A DNA stretch of 64,000 bases from an uncultured Spirochaetota bacterium (GCA_963768055.1 CAVYGN010000001.1:896001-960000); one strand, 5' to 3'. Counted from the first letter of the stretch, positions 1 through 10,505 are shown. Made by a program: numbers and translations. Notes: generated by a model from the sequence alone, not told the origin.

Positions 1-1015
1 TAACGTCCCTCTGGATCCTCAGGGCAAGGGTCTGGAAATAATCGAATAAATTCTTCCGTGTTTGCATATCCAGATAGATGAACGACATACCGTATTCAAA
101 AAGGCTGTTTTCCATCATGAAACTTTTTGAAACGACGCATTCAAGGTTTTCAAAAATATACATTTTTTCAAGCGACATGTCGGTAAAGCTTAGCCTGTAA
201 GTTTCCTTTCTTTTCAATCCTGTCGATGATCTGATCCTGGCGCCTTCAAGACTTATATCTTTGACTACGACCTCAATAGGTGAATCTCCTTCCGTATGAA
301 GGGCCAGCAGGGTACCGGATATATTATCAACAGGGATCCTGCTGTAAAGACGTTCCTGGGAAATCTTAAGATTTTTAGGATAAGAAAGTATTGTCCTGTT
401 AGAGGTTAAAAAATTCACGACTGAAGACTCGCCGCAGATGAACATATTGTTGGAAGTATAACAAATGTTAAGGGGTACGCCCTTTTTGAGGGGTACGGGA
501 ATACCTGTAATATTTTTAACAACTACCGATTTGTCGCTTGCCGCGAGCGCCGATCTTTCCAGAACATACAGGCGGTTATTTTCGTTTATTTCAATCTCTA
601 TTTTGGAATCCTCAACGATTGGATAAATTTTTTTAGCCAATCTCTGTGCCGCCTTGTTGGATATCCGGAGTTCGTCAAGCCTTTGATAGAAAAATTCGGA
701 AAACCTCTCAAGCACAGACGATGGGATCGCGGATGCTATCATCTCCCTTTTTTTAAAATCGGAAATCAATGTATTAATAATTTTTTTCTGAGCGGGATTG
801 AAGCCTGACTTATGGCTTGGCGGAGCCTTGAAAACTGAATCGGCGGGTTCCAACAGCCTTTTTTCATTCAAGTGGTTCTGATATGCCTTATAAAAATAGA
901 AAAGAATAACAAAAAACAGGGACATCGATATAAGAGCGATCAGGAAAGCGGTAATATTGCCCGGAGCGGTTAAAGCGTTCTGGATGCCTTGAAAAAAACT
1001 GTTGTAAGAATCCAT
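1..1015 (-). CDS. PilZ-domain (c-di-GMP receptor, YcgR-like) membrane protein, 3'-truncated by window edge
   Basis: Not in ORF track. Manual translation from ATG 1015 (MDSYNSFFQGIQ...) gives an N-terminal TM helix and PilZ motifs RLYSR (RxxxR) and DISLEG (DxSxxG); frame is open to base 1. Confidence 0.8.
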   Translation of the reverse strand, partial: MDSYNSFFQGIQNALTAPGNITAFLIALISMSLFFVILFYFYKAYQNHLNEKRLLEPADSVFKAPPSHKSGFNPAQKKIINTLISDFKKREMIASAIPSSVLERFSEFFYQRLDELRISNKAAQRLAKKIYPIVEDSKIEIEINENNRLYVLERSALAASDKSVVVKNITGIPVPLKKGVPLNICYTSNNMFICGESSVVNFLTSNRTILSYPKNLKISQERLYSRIPVDNISGTLLALHTEGDSPIEVVVKDISLEGARIRSSTGLKRKETYRLSFTDMSLEKMYIFENLECVVSKSFMMENSLFEYGMSFIYLDMQTRKNLFDYFQTLALRIQRDV

Positions 1016-1031
1016 AATTATTCCTTAGATG

Positions 1032-1493
1032 CTATAATAATAATTTTTCCATTGCTATTTCATCGCATTGCATAATTTTCGGACAACTCAGGCAGTCTCT
1101 CCAGATTTTCTGGGGAAACTTTTTTTTATCGATTTTAACATAACCTAGTTTTGAGAAAAATTCTTCAACATATGTCAGGACAAAAGCGTTTTTTATTCCT
1201 TCTTCCTTCAGGATTTCTTCGGCTTTCGATATTAAACCCCTGCCGATCCCTTTGCCCTTAAATTTTTCATCGACTGCCACGGACCGTATTTCAGCAAGCT
1301 CTTCCGTAAAAAAAGCTACGGCGCAGCAGCCTGCTATCCTGTCTTGATACTGTGCGACTATAAAGTTACGGATCTCTTCTATAACGCTTTCCGGAGTCCT
1401 TGGAAGCATTAAGTCTTTTTTTGAGTAGGAGTTTATCAGGGAAGCGATCTTGGAAGCATCCTTAAGTCTTGCATTCCTGATTTCATATCGCAC
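1032..1493 (-). CDS. GNAT N-acetyltransferase (short ArgA-like N-acetylglutamate synthase)
   Basis: ELAEIRSVAV, GKGIGR acetyl-CoA motif, C-terminal PQKIWRDCLSCPK..CDE typical of stand-alone ArgA-like GNATs. Confidence 0.8.
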   Translation of the reverse strand: MRYEIRNARLKDASKIASLINSYSKKDLMLPRTPESVIEEIRNFIVAQYQDRIAGCCAVAFFTEELAEIRSVAVDEKFKGKGIGRGLISKAEEILKEEGIKNAFVLTYVEEFFSKLGYVKIDKKKFPQKIWRDCLSCPKIMQCDEIAMEKLLL

Positions 1494-1806
1494 CGTCTAT
1501 CATACCTTTCAGTTTGTTCTTCGAAACAGCTCCTATCACTTTTTCCATCGGCGTTCCATTTTTAAAGATAATCAGGGTAGGAATGCTTGTTACGGCATAT
1601 TTAGATGAAACATTCGGGCCTTTATCGACATCCAGTTTAACGATTTTCAATTTGCCCTCGTATTCTCCCGCCAATTCATCGATTATGGGCGATATCAGCC
1701 TGCATGGGGTACACCATTGCGCCCAGAAATCGACAAGCACGGGAATGCTCTGGCCCATCACTTCTGAATCAAAATTAGTATCGTCAGCGTAAACGACTGC
1801 GGACAT
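1483..1806 (-). CDS. trxA: thioredoxin
   Basis: VDFWAQWCTPC active site, SIPTL cis-Pro motif, 107 aa, GGAGG RBS. Confidence 0.95.
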   Translation of the reverse strand: MSAVVYADDTNFDSEVMGQSIPVLVDFWAQWCTPCRLISPIIDELAGEYEGKLKIVKLDVDKGPNVSSKYAVTSIPTLIIFKNGTPMEKVIGAVSKNKLKGMIDGAI

Positions 1807-1837
1807 AAATACCTCCCAACTTTATAAAGGAGCTTAA

Positions 1838-1947
1838 GGGAGGTCCCAAAACTAACTTTGTTATTAATATATGATATTCTAATAATAATGAAACCGCCCT
1901 ATGGGCACTACCTTACCGCCTGGAAAAGGCGGTTTTTAGAAGCGCCC
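1838..1947. mobile_element. MITE-like repeat, copy 1
   Basis: Core CCGCCCTATGGGCACTACCT...AAAAGGCGGTTTTTAGAAGCGCCC is shared with 14264-14398 and (inverted) 23261-23392; degenerate GGG...CCC terminal inverted repeat. Confidence 0.65.
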
Positions 1948-1961
1948 TTACTTCATACAAT

Positions 1962-1990
1962 AAAATAAGTTGAAAGAAAAGAAAAGTCAA
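1962..1990 (-). promoter_or_regulatory. sigma70-type promoter for trxA
   Basis: TTGACT-17-TATTTT on minus strand. Confidence 0.45.
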
Positions 1991-2089
1991 TAATTTAATT
2001 GTTCACACATCAGTCGGTTTAAATCCTGAACTGAACGAATTTGAAAAATATTTCTTGTTTCAAATACAGTAAAAAACCATGCTATACAT

Positions 2090-2151
2090 AGTCGGCAGCC
2101 TGCAGTCTACAGTAACACTATCTGACGACTGTCGACTACAGACTGTCGACT
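2090..2151. repeat. imperfect hairpin built from AGTCNNC-like heptamers (REP-like)
   Basis: 24-nt arms 2090-2113 and 2128-2151, 20/24 complementary. Confidence 0.7.
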
Positions 2152-2155
2152 TAGT

Positions 2156-2184
2156 TTGACTATTCTTATTATGCCGATTAAAAT
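2156..2184 (+). promoter_or_regulatory. sigma70-type promoter for RDD/MoxR cluster
   Basis: TTGACT-17-TAAAAT. Confidence 0.6.
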
Positions 2185-2197
2185 AATCGAAAAATCC

Positions 2198-3010
2198 ATG
2201 GATTCTCAGGGGGCCGTTATCTCTACATATTCGAGAAGCGACATTGTAAACATTGAATCGCCGGAGCAGATTCGGATCCCTTACAGGATAGCAAGCCCTT
2301 TTTCAAGACTGCTGGCGCTTATCGCGGATATATCGATTATCTATTTTACACTCTTCCTGATTGTGGTGCTGCTTCTAATTTTTAATCTTATCCATATATC
2401 CGGCGAGTCAAACCCCATTAAAACCCTTTCCGAAGGTTCGTTTTTATCAAGCATGAGCATATTTTTTATAATGATTCTGGATTTTATCCTGCAGTGGTTT
2501 TATTTTATTTTTTTCGAGACTTTTTTAAACGGAAGGACGCCGGGAAAGCTTTTATTCGGGTTAAGAGTCATAAATTATTACGGGAAACCTCTTGACGCAA
2601 CATCTATAATACTAAGAAATTTCATAAGGGTCTTCGACCAGCAGTATTCCCTCTATCTAGGGGCATTTTTCTGCATTATCCTGAACAGGGATTTCAGAAG
2701 AATAGGGGATCTGGCTGCCGAAACAATAGTCATTAATGAAGAAAAGGAAAGTTTTAAATTCCCTGACTTCGCCCTGCTGACCCGGGGGGGGATACATAAT
2801 GAGAAATTCCTTTCTAAAAAACTTGGAGAAGACGATCTTTATGTCATAAGGAATTTTATCAATAGCCTGAACACGATAAGCCTTGAAAAACAGCATGAGC
2901 TTTCAGATAAGCTCGCTAAGAAGATAAAGGAGAAGCTTCAGGATGACGAGGACTACACCGACAGCCTTCTTTACCTTCAGAAAATTTATGACAGTCATAA
3001 GGACTATTGA
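2198..3010 (+). CDS. RDD family membrane protein
   Basis: IESPEQI..IASPFSRLLALIAD, GRTPGK..GLRV, RRIGDLAAETIV; start moved to ATG 2198 because the track's TTG lies in the -35 box. Confidence 0.85.
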   Translation: MDSQGAVISTYSRSDIVNIESPEQIRIPYRIASPFSRLLALIADISIIYFTLFLIVVLLLIFNLIHISGESNPIKTLSEGSFLSSMSIFFIMILDFILQWFYFIFFETFLNGRTPGKLLFGLRVINYYGKPLDATSIILRNFIRVFDQQYSLYLGAFFCIILNRDFRRIGDLAAETIVINEEKESFKFPDFALLTRGGIHNEKFLSKKLGEDDLYVIRNFINSLNTISLEKQHELSDKLAKKIKEKLQDDEDYTDSLLYLQKIYDSHKDY

Positions 3011-4038
3011 CAATGGAACATGAAAATAATAATTTTAACAGGATGACTAAATCGGAACGATTTGTAGAAGAGCGCAAAGAGTACTGGATGAGGCTTGAAG
3101 AGATAATCAGGAAAGCGCATAACGGCAGGATATCTTCACTAAAGGAAAATGATATCAGGGATTTTCCCGATCTGTACAGGCATGTCTGTACGGATTCCGA
3201 ACTGGCCAAAACGCTCGAACTTTCCCCGGATACTGTAGATTATATTTCGAGATTAGTCAGATATTCTCATAACATTCTTTACACTCCCCCAAAAAAAAAT
3301 TTCGGCGAGATAATGAGAATTTTCACAAATGAATTTACCGTTTCATTCTTAAAGAATATAAAGCCCATTTTATTTGTTTCAGCCGTATTTTTTTTATTAT
3401 TCCTTTTAACTTTTTTGATAATACTTAAGAACCCTGATTACGCGTCATATGTTCTTCCAGAGGACCTTATCCGCTTGATGAAACAATCTTACAGCGGGGA
3501 CATCTCCGCGAAGAGGGACATGTTCAGCAATATAGTCATGTCGGGATTTTACATCAAGAACAATATATCGATCGGTTTTTTGAGCTTTGTTCTCGGCGTT
3601 ACTTTCGGCGCAGGAACGATCATTATAGTAGCAGATAATGCAATAACCCTGGGAGCTGTGTTTGGAATAGTTGTATCATCGGGATACAGTAAAAACCTCA
3701 TCACTTTCGTAACAGCCCATTCGGCCTTTGAACTGCTGGGACTTTGCCTTACAGCAGGTGCCGGACTTGCAATGGGGCTCTCGTTGTTATACGGGAAAGA
3801 ACAGAGCAGATCTTCCTCCCTGTCGATAAAAGCCAGGGAATTAACCCCGGTTTTATTTACAGGAGCCCTTTCAATACTTATGGCGGCATTTATTGAAGGA
3901 TTTTTATCGCCATCCAGGGTATCTTACTGGATCAAACTTTCCGTAGCCCTCTTAAGCCTGGCGTTGATTTTATTTTTTTCATTCAAATATTTGATTTTCA
4001 AACAGAATGACGGATATAACAACGGGAGTCTGCGATGA
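3007..4038 (+). CDS. SpoIIM/DUF95 family membrane protein
   Basis: FVEERKEYW.RLE, LYRHVCTD, YIKNN, TAHSAFEL, AAFIEGFLSP. Confidence 0.85.
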   Translation: MTMEHENNNFNRMTKSERFVEERKEYWMRLEEIIRKAHNGRISSLKENDIRDFPDLYRHVCTDSELAKTLELSPDTVDYISRLVRYSHNILYTPPKKNFGEIMRIFTNEFTVSFLKNIKPILFVSAVFFLLFLLTFLIILKNPDYASYVLPEDLIRLMKQSYSGDISAKRDMFSNIVMSGFYIKNNISIGFLSFVLGVTFGAGTIIIVADNAITLGAVFGIVVSSGYSKNLITFVTAHSAFELLGLCLTAGAGLAMGLSLLYGKEQSRSSSLSIKARELTPVLFTGALSILMAAFIEGFLSPSRVSYWIKLSVALLSLALILFFSFKYLIFKQNDGYNNGSLR

Positions 4039-5018
4039 AGCCAGAGATGAAGTTTATGAAAATAGGATCTATTTTCGATAACGCATTCCGGATGAGTTTT
4101 GGCAAATTCAAGGAAGTGCTCAGGGTAACCCTGTTATTTTTTCTTTTTTTAACAGCGATCGCCGTAATAACTTTATTTGTTTTGTTCATCCTTTTTGGAT
4201 GGGGCATGGGAGGCCTTTCCAGGCTTGCGGCTTTTTCACATTTTTTCTCTCGATTTTCCCAAAGTGTCTTGTATGATCAATTTGAGAATATCATAGAAAA
4301 AATAGGCTGGGGACCCCTGATAATCATATCGCTATCCCTTTTTATTATTCTTCTTCTAGCGGACATTATATATAATGGAATTTTGAACCATCTCTTTCTC
4401 CAGACATTCAGGGGAGATGAATGGAAATTGAGTAAATCTATATCTGTTGTCTGGAAAAGGACGGGGGCGCTTTTATTCAGTATCCTGCCTATCACCGGGA
4501 TATTTATCGCTTTTATATTCGGCGCTGCATTAGTGATAGGAATACTCAGCGTATTGATGAGTATTATAGGAATGTTTGTCAGTATTTCCGGGGTTGTAAT
4601 CTTCGGCTTTTACGGTGCGGTTGTTCTTGAAATGGTGGGGCCGATCATTATCGATGAAAACCTGTCGGGCGGCAAGGCTGTGACCCGGGCTTTTATTCTC
4701 GCTAATTATAATATCATGGGGGTGGCGGGTGCATATATCCTATATGTAATAATGAGCTTTGTGCTCAGCATCATATTCGCTTCGGCATTCGGGTTTTTAA
4801 TAGTTTTTCTCCGCAATTTCGGCGGACTTTCAATCGCGGTAAATATAATTTATGTCATATTTTATGTTCTGCTGACGCTTTTTATCGGGGCGATAGGCAG
4901 GGCGCTTGTCGTTACGATATTTTATAATTTAAAAATAAAAAATGAAGGTTTCGGAGTTGAAAGCCTTGTCCATGATTATGTCGAAGGTCAGGATTTACAA
5001 GATGAAGATAAAAAATAA
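4035..5018 (+). CDS. polytopic membrane protein (GDPD membrane-domain-like / DUF7544-like)
   Basis: About 6-7 TM helices; IGSIFDNAF, PIIIDENLSGGKAVTRAF and YNLKIKNEG patterns; position within RDD/MoxR cluster. Confidence 0.65.
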   Translation: MKPEMKFMKIGSIFDNAFRMSFGKFKEVLRVTLLFFLFLTAIAVITLFVLFILFGWGMGGLSRLAAFSHFFSRFSQSVLYDQFENIIEKIGWGPLIIISLSLFIILLLADIIYNGILNHLFLQTFRGDEWKLSKSISVVWKRTGALLFSILPITGIFIAFIFGAALVIGILSVLMSIIGMFVSISGVVIFGFYGAVVLEMVGPIIIDENLSGGKAVTRAFILANYNIMGVAGAYILYVIMSFVLSIIFASAFGFLIVFLRNFGGLSIAVNIIYVIFYVLLTLFIGAIGRALVVTIFYNLKIKNEGFGVESLVHDYVEGQDLQDEDKK

Positions 5019-5646
5019 TAATTTTATCATTTTTTTCGTTTTCGCTCTTTTGATCCAGAGCTGCAATATTTTTCAGAAAACTCCCGGACGGGATGAGGTT
5101 AAAAAATCGGCAGGAGAAATCATTAAAGCGCTTGAAAAGGAAAATAATATTGAAGCGGGCAAATCGATATTTGATTTAAAACTTTTCAAAGGACTTGGGC
5201 CTGCTTTTATGAGAAATATCAGCACAGGAATAATCATACTTATTATATCAATCTTCGTTGTGGCAATAATATATTTGATTTCTGAAAGGGTGTCATTCAG
5301 GGTATATGGAAAAATAGGAAAACGGGAGTTAGAGGAAAAACTGGATGCAGAATTATATGACCCGGATATTCCCGAGAAATTCGCGCTTGAAAAGAATTTT
5401 TCCGATGCGGTTTTATATATTTACAGGGCATCCCTCGCCGATATAGCCGGATTCGGGTTTTCCTATGCAAAAGGCATGACCAACCTTATGATTTATAAAG
5501 GTATTAATAAACCCGAACTGGGGGCCGCTTTTAAAAATATTTTTACCATTGCGGAAAAGGTACTTTTCAATGACTATGAGGCCATCGAGGACGAGTACCT
5601 GTTTTGCAGGAACGAATTCGATCAATTAAGGGGCATGAAATTATGA
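5002..5646 (+). CDS. DUF4129-like membrane protein, possible lipoprotein
   Basis: FSDAVLYIYRASL, GMTN, FTIAEKVLF; FALLIQSC lipobox-like signal from ATG 5002; internal TM helix. Confidence 0.65.
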   Translation: MKIKNNNFIIFFVFALLIQSCNIFQKTPGRDEVKKSAGEIIKALEKENNIEAGKSIFDLKLFKGLGPAFMRNISTGIIILIISIFVVAIIYLISERVSFRVYGKIGKRELEEKLDAELYDPDIPEKFALEKNFSDAVLYIYRASLADIAGFGFSYAKGMTNLMIYKGINKPELGAAFKNIFTIAEKVLFNDYEAIEDEYLFCRNEFDQLRGMKL

Positions 5647-6743
5647 GGAAGGCCCTGGCCATTCTTTTTATTTCTTTTTTGATCAGCATACTGATATTCC
5701 TTGCAATTATCCTTGTACCGTCGTTTATGCCGGGAGTTTCAAAGGTCAAAGTCCCTTACGACAAATATCTTGCCTATGACAGCCATAAACTTATGTTCTC
5801 TTTGATGAGGAAAATTGGATACATTATAACAGTCAGGGAGTACGATTACAATAAAGACCTTCATGGGTGCATAGTCTTACTGGATGAATGGAATGAAAAG
5901 AGCTTCAAAAGATTCAGCGGCTGGTTTGGTAAAAACAGAAGGCTCATTATATTTGTCGGAACGGGTGGAATATCCGATCCGCAAGAATTACTCCCGGGTG
6001 AAATTAAGGTTAACGGGAAATCTCCCTTTCTGGAAGGTGTTAACAGCCTTGAAGTTTTTAATGGCAGTGGGCCTTCTTTGGAAGGGATATACGAGCCGCA
6101 GGGAATGTCTAAAATAGAGCCTGTAATAATTAAAGGGAGTTCGGTGATCCTGGCCGATGCCTCGTTCAAAGGCTGCGGGATAGTTTTTATCGGAGACGAC
6201 AGGATATTTTCAGATAAAATCCTGCTTATGAAAGACAATGCGGTCCTGCTTAACAACCTCTTTAAGGATTATTTTCATACGCCCATCGCTTTTGATCAGA
6301 CAAGGGGAACAGCCGGGGTCCCTCAGGTAAAAGAGATTAAGATTGAAAATTTCATTGCAAAAAGCAATTTTCCCTATCTCTTCATCCAGATCTGCCTTTT
6401 AGCATTGATGTTTTTCCTGGTCAATTTCAAACGTTTCGGCAACGTCCTCGACTACAATAAGTATAAAAAAAGATCCATGACAAATCACCTGGAAGCCGTG
6501 GGAAATTTTTTCTCGAACAGCAGGAATATCTCCTCAATAGCGGGGATTTTCGACGATTATTTTTTTGAGAAGCTCTCGAGGTTTTTCCCCGGAAGAAACC
6601 AGGAAGAATTGCTGGATACCCTTGCAAAAAGATACGGCGATGCGGTAGGGTCTGAAATATTCAAAAGGGGTCATGGAAGAAACACTGCAAAAATTGAAGA
6701 AAAACGAAGAATATTTATTAAAATAATAGAAAAAGGTGAATAA
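5643..6743 (+). CDS. DUF4350-like bitopic membrane protein
   Basis: N-terminal TM, DNAVLLNNL, C-terminal TM followed by KRFG and HLEAVGNFF; ATGA overlap with upstream gene. Confidence 0.65.
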   Translation: MRKALAILFISFLISILIFLAIILVPSFMPGVSKVKVPYDKYLAYDSHKLMFSLMRKIGYIITVREYDYNKDLHGCIVLLDEWNEKSFKRFSGWFGKNRRLIIFVGTGGISDPQELLPGEIKVNGKSPFLEGVNSLEVFNGSGPSLEGIYEPQGMSKIEPVIIKGSSVILADASFKGCGIVFIGDDRIFSDKILLMKDNAVLLNNLFKDYFHTPIAFDQTRGTAGVPQVKEIKIENFIAKSNFPYLFIQICLLALMFFLVNFKRFGNVLDYNKYKKRSMTNHLEAVGNFFSNSRNISSIAGIFDDYFFEKLSRFFPGRNQEELLDTLAKRYGDAVGSEIFKRGHGRNTAKIEEKRRIFIKIIEKGE

Positions 6744-6746
6744 TTT

Positions 6747-7724
6747 ATGGAAAATGATTCAAGGAAAAAGAGTCCCGGTGATTTCAGAGAATGGTATGGA
6801 AAAATTGTTGCCGAGCTTGCAAAAGTGATCAAGGGCCAGGACGAAGCGGTGCAGTTTATAGTCCTCGCCCTTTTGAACGGCGGCCATGTCCTTGTGGAAG
6901 GCTTCCCCGGCCTTGCAAAAACACTTATGGCAAACGCTCTTTCACGTGTCATTGGGGTTAATTTCAAAAGGATACAGTTTACACCGGATCTTATGCCGGC
7001 CGATATTGTCGGTACTACCGTATATGACAATGTCAAGAATGATTTCTATGTCAGAAAAGGACCCGTATTCACGAATTTCCTGCTCACAGACGAGATAAAC
7101 AGGGCGCCCGCCAAGACGCAGTCGGCGCTCCTGGAGGCGATGCAGGAAAAACAGGTAACGATAGAGGGAGTTCTTTACAAGCTGGAAGAGCCGTTCATCG
7201 CTATAGCGACGCAGAATCCGATAGAATACGAGGGTACTTACCCTCTTCCCGAGGCGCAGATAGACCGTTTCATGTTCAAGGTCCTTGTCAAATACCCCTC
7301 CCTGGAGGATGAAAAAAAAATGCTCCGGATGTTTTCAGAGGGCTTTGATTCGGACGACCTTGGAAAATCTGATATAAGAAAAGTTTGCGACAGGGATGAG
7401 TTCATGGCATACAGGGATTCCCTGCTAACGGTAAAGATAGATGATAAAATAATGGATTATATTCTATCGATAGTCGATATGTCGAGGAAAACGCCGGGAA
7501 TAAGCGTCGGAGCTTCGCCCAGGGCATCGATCTCTCTTTTGAAATCCTCAAGGGCATATGCCGTGATTAACGGAAGGGATTTTATCATACCTGACGATGT
7601 GGCAGCCTGTTCGTTTCCTGTTTTAAGACACCGGCTGATACTTGAAACCGAAGCTGAAATAGAGGGGCGCCAGCCCGATGATTTCATCAGATCCATTCTG
7701 GGAAGGGTTTCGGTTCCCAGATGA
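6747..7724 (+). CDS. moxR: MoxR family AAA+ ATPase
   Basis: GHVLVEGFPGLAKT, RIQFTPDLMPAD, DEINRAPAKTQSALLEAMQE, ATQNPIE.EGTYPLPEAQ.DRF. Confidence 0.95.
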   Translation: MENDSRKKSPGDFREWYGKIVAELAKVIKGQDEAVQFIVLALLNGGHVLVEGFPGLAKTLMANALSRVIGVNFKRIQFTPDLMPADIVGTTVYDNVKNDFYVRKGPVFTNFLLTDEINRAPAKTQSALLEAMQEKQVTIEGVLYKLEEPFIAIATQNPIEYEGTYPLPEAQIDRFMFKVLVKYPSLEDEKKMLRMFSEGFDSDDLGKSDIRKVCDRDEFMAYRDSLLTVKIDDKIMDYILSIVDMSRKTPGISVGASPRASISLLKSSRAYAVINGRDFIIPDDVAACSFPVLRHRLILETEAEIEGRQPDDFIRSILGRVSVPR

Positions 7725-9040
7725 AGAATATAGCTGTCCCGGGTAAGATTGTCATAGCGCTACTATGTTTTCCATTAGTGCCTATAATAATATCTTTTTT
7801 TTACAAGAATTTTCTGCCCTATGGTTTTATATTTGACGGAATAGTTGCAGTCATTATGCTCATCGACCTCGCCATAAGCCCCGGTTTCCGCAGGGGGATT
7901 TCAATTCATCTCAATATCCCGGACGATTTAAAAATAAACGCTGAAAATCCATGCCTTCTTAAAGTCAGGAACTCACATATGTTTCCACTTAAATTTTATT
8001 TTCTCTTCGATCTTGACGTGTCTTTTCACAGGGATTACGGGAAAATCCCCGTCAGTGTTTATCCGAAAGGCGGGGTAGAGCACAATTTTTCTTTATACCC
8101 TCTCAGGCGGGGAGAATACACGATAAACAAGATTTATTTGAAGGGATCTTCACTATTAAGGTTCTGGACGATCCACGGGACCATTGAACAAAAATGCGCT
8201 TTCCGGGTTGTTCCCTCCGTTACCACCCAAACCTCAAGCTTCAAACTTATCCAGAAAGAGATAAGAAGATCGGAGGGGAACCAAAAGACAATAATTTACG
8301 GCGACGGCACTAATTTTGAAATGTTGAGAGACTATTTAAAGGGTGACGATTTCGGAAAGATAGACTGGAAGGCTTCCGCCAGGTCGGGGCGTCCCGTGAC
8401 CCGCGTTTACCGCCAGGAAAACAATCTTCATCTGGCAATTCTTCTTGACTGCGGAAGGCTCATGGCCGCAGAAAGCGGGGGCATGTCGAGCCTCGACCAT
8501 GCTATCCGCGCGTCTCTTGTCCTTTCATACGCCGCAGCAAAAAACGGGGACCGTGTAAGCCTCACGGCTTTCGGCAAGGATATTATCAGGTATATGTCCC
8601 AGACCAAGGATATAAAGATAGTGAACAGGATGAAAAGCGCGTTAGCCGATATACAGTACGATTTTTCCGAGTCGGATTACAGGACTGCTTTCAGTTTTCT
8701 CCAGTCGAAATTAAAAAAGAGATCGCTTGTTGTGATTTTCAGCGATCTAATTGACGATTCCGGTAGAAAAATTTTTTACAGCCACCTTTCCATGATCAAG
8801 AAAAACCACATGGTATTGCTCATTCTTTTAAGGGATAAAAGTATTTTCGAAACAGCCGACGCCGATATCGAAAGCGAAGGGAGGATTTTTACCATGGCCG
8901 CCGCTGCGGATATGGTTATGAGGAGGAACAGGACCATCGCCGATTTAAGAAAGATCGGGGTAGAGGTCCTGGATATATTCCCGGAAGAGGCTTCAGCCTC
9001 TGTGATAAACAGCTATTTCAGGTTCAAGAGGAAGCTGTAG
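7721..9040 (+). CDS. DUF58 / vWA-domain protein
   Basis: LRDYLKGDD..IDWKASAR, LLDCGRLM, RSLVVIFSDL; adjacent to moxR. Confidence 0.9.
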   Translation: MKNIAVPGKIVIALLCFPLVPIIISFFYKNFLPYGFIFDGIVAVIMLIDLAISPGFRRGISIHLNIPDDLKINAENPCLLKVRNSHMFPLKFYFLFDLDVSFHRDYGKIPVSVYPKGGVEHNFSLYPLRRGEYTINKIYLKGSSLLRFWTIHGTIEQKCAFRVVPSVTTQTSSFKLIQKEIRRSEGNQKTIIYGDGTNFEMLRDYLKGDDFGKIDWKASARSGRPVTRVYRQENNLHLAILLDCGRLMAAESGGMSSLDHAIRASLVLSYAAAKNGDRVSLTAFGKDIIRYMSQTKDIKIVNRMKSALADIQYDFSESDYRTAFSFLQSKLKKRSLVVIFSDLIDDSGRKIFYSHLSMIKKNHMVLLILLRDKSIFETADADIESEGRIFTMAAAADMVMRRNRTIADLRKIGVEVLDIFPEEASASVINSYFRFKRKL

Positions 9041-9149
9041 GCGGGGATCGCCGCAAATGCCAATCGCAATAACCAATCCCCTATGCAACCTCAATTAAAC
9101 CTGACAACCCTGAAACCGGGATCATCAGGAGGATTTGTCAAAATTCAAT

Positions 9150-10505
9150 CTATACGGCAATCAGCTTTTTGACCAGAACCAAATTATCATCCAGCAGGCT
9201 TTCATCGTCCGACTCCCCGATTATGCGGATCACGGGTTCCGTGTTCGAAGGCCTGATATGGAACCAGATTTTACTGCCTTTTTCCTCCCATATAAGTCTC
9301 AGCCCGTCCGTTTCATCGATCCCGGCTTTACTGAATTCCACTTTTATTTTGTCGAAAATGAGCTCTATCGGGAGCTCTGTCTGCAATTTTTCCTTTTTCA
9401 TGAAATATTGCGGTAAATCCCCTGCGATCTCCGATATTTTTTTATTCCTTTTTGCCATCATTTCAAGTATCAGCGCCATTCCTACAAGACTGTCCCTCGC
9501 CAGGTTTATCCTCGGATACATAACGCCTCCGTTTCCTTCGCCTCCTATAAGGGCTTTGTGCCTGACAATACCGGAAGCTACGTTAGCTTCCCCGACTTTT
9601 GTCCTGTAGCAATCGACCCCGTATTTACGGGCTATCCACTCGTTCACCATCGAAGTGGAGTAATTTATCACAATATCGCCCTTTTCCCCTGAAAGGACAT
9701 GCTCTGCGCAAAGGGCCAGGGTAAATTCCTCGCTGAGGACTCTGCCGTTCTCATCTATCACTACAAGCCTGTCCGCGTCCGGGTCCTGCGCGAATCCCGC
9801 ATCGGCCCTGAAATCCTTTACAATAGAAGTAAGGTGAGAAAGGTTTGAAGGAACGGGTTCGGCCCCCCTTCCGAAGGTCCCGTTTATTTCGCCGTTTACT
9901 ATTCTGACATCGCAGCCAAGCCTTTTCAACAATCCGGCCCCTATCCTGCCGCCGGCGCTGTTTACGGGATCCAGGACTACCCTGAAATTACCGCCCATGA
10001 TGATATTCGCCGAAACATTTTTCAGGATCTCGTTTATATGCATATCCTCGACAGCCGAGGTTTCTTCATATTTGCCTATGCTGTTATACGGATTTTCTTT
10101 TATATCATTTTCTATATAGGAGTTTATTTCTTTTACGTCGTCTTCGTCAAGGAAAAGCCCGTCCCCGCCTACCAATTTAAGCGCGTTCCATTCGATCGGA
10201 TTGTGAGAAGCGCTTATTATAATACCTCCGCCCAGGGAAAGTTTCCTGACGCCGAGAAGTATTGTCGGAGTAGGGACGATGCCGCAGTCAATAACATCTA
10301 TGCCGTATGTGTTCATAATTCCAGTCGCGAGGAAACTTATCAGCTTTCCGGTAGGCCTTGCATCCCTGCCGATAAGGATCTTTCTGCAGTCCCTTTTTTT
10401 TAAATAGATAACGAAAGCCTTAATAAATCCGGAAAGGGTTTCAAGGTTAAGGCCATCGCCCCAAACGCCCCGGATGCCAGACACGCTTATTTTTAAACCG
10501 GCCAT
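9150..10505 (-). CDS. glmM: phosphoglucosamine mutase / phosphomannomutase family
   Basis: SGIRG, ISASHNP phosphoserine loop, DPDADR metal loop, GGEGNGG, RPSNTEP. Confidence 0.8.
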   Translation of the reverse strand: MAGLKISVSGIRGVWGDGLNLETLSGFIKAFVIYLKKRDCRKILIGRDARPTGKLISFLATGIMNTYGIDVIDCGIVPTPTILLGVRKLSLGGGIIISASHNPIEWNALKLVGGDGLFLDEDDVKEINSYIENDIKENPYNSIGKYEETSAVEDMHINEILKNVSANIIMGGNFRVVLDPVNSAGGRIGAGLLKRLGCDVRIVNGEINGTFGRGAEPVPSNLSHLTSIVKDFRADAGFAQDPDADRLVVIDENGRVLSEEFTLALCAEHVLSGEKGDIVINYSTSMVNEWIARKYGVDCYRTKVGEANVASGIVRHKALIGGEGNGGVMYPRINLARDSLVGMALILEMMAKRNKKISEIAGDLPQYFMKKEKLQTELPIELIFDKIKVEFSKAGIDETDGLRLIWEEKGSKIWFHIRPSNTEPVIRIIGESDDESLLDDNLVLVKKLIAV

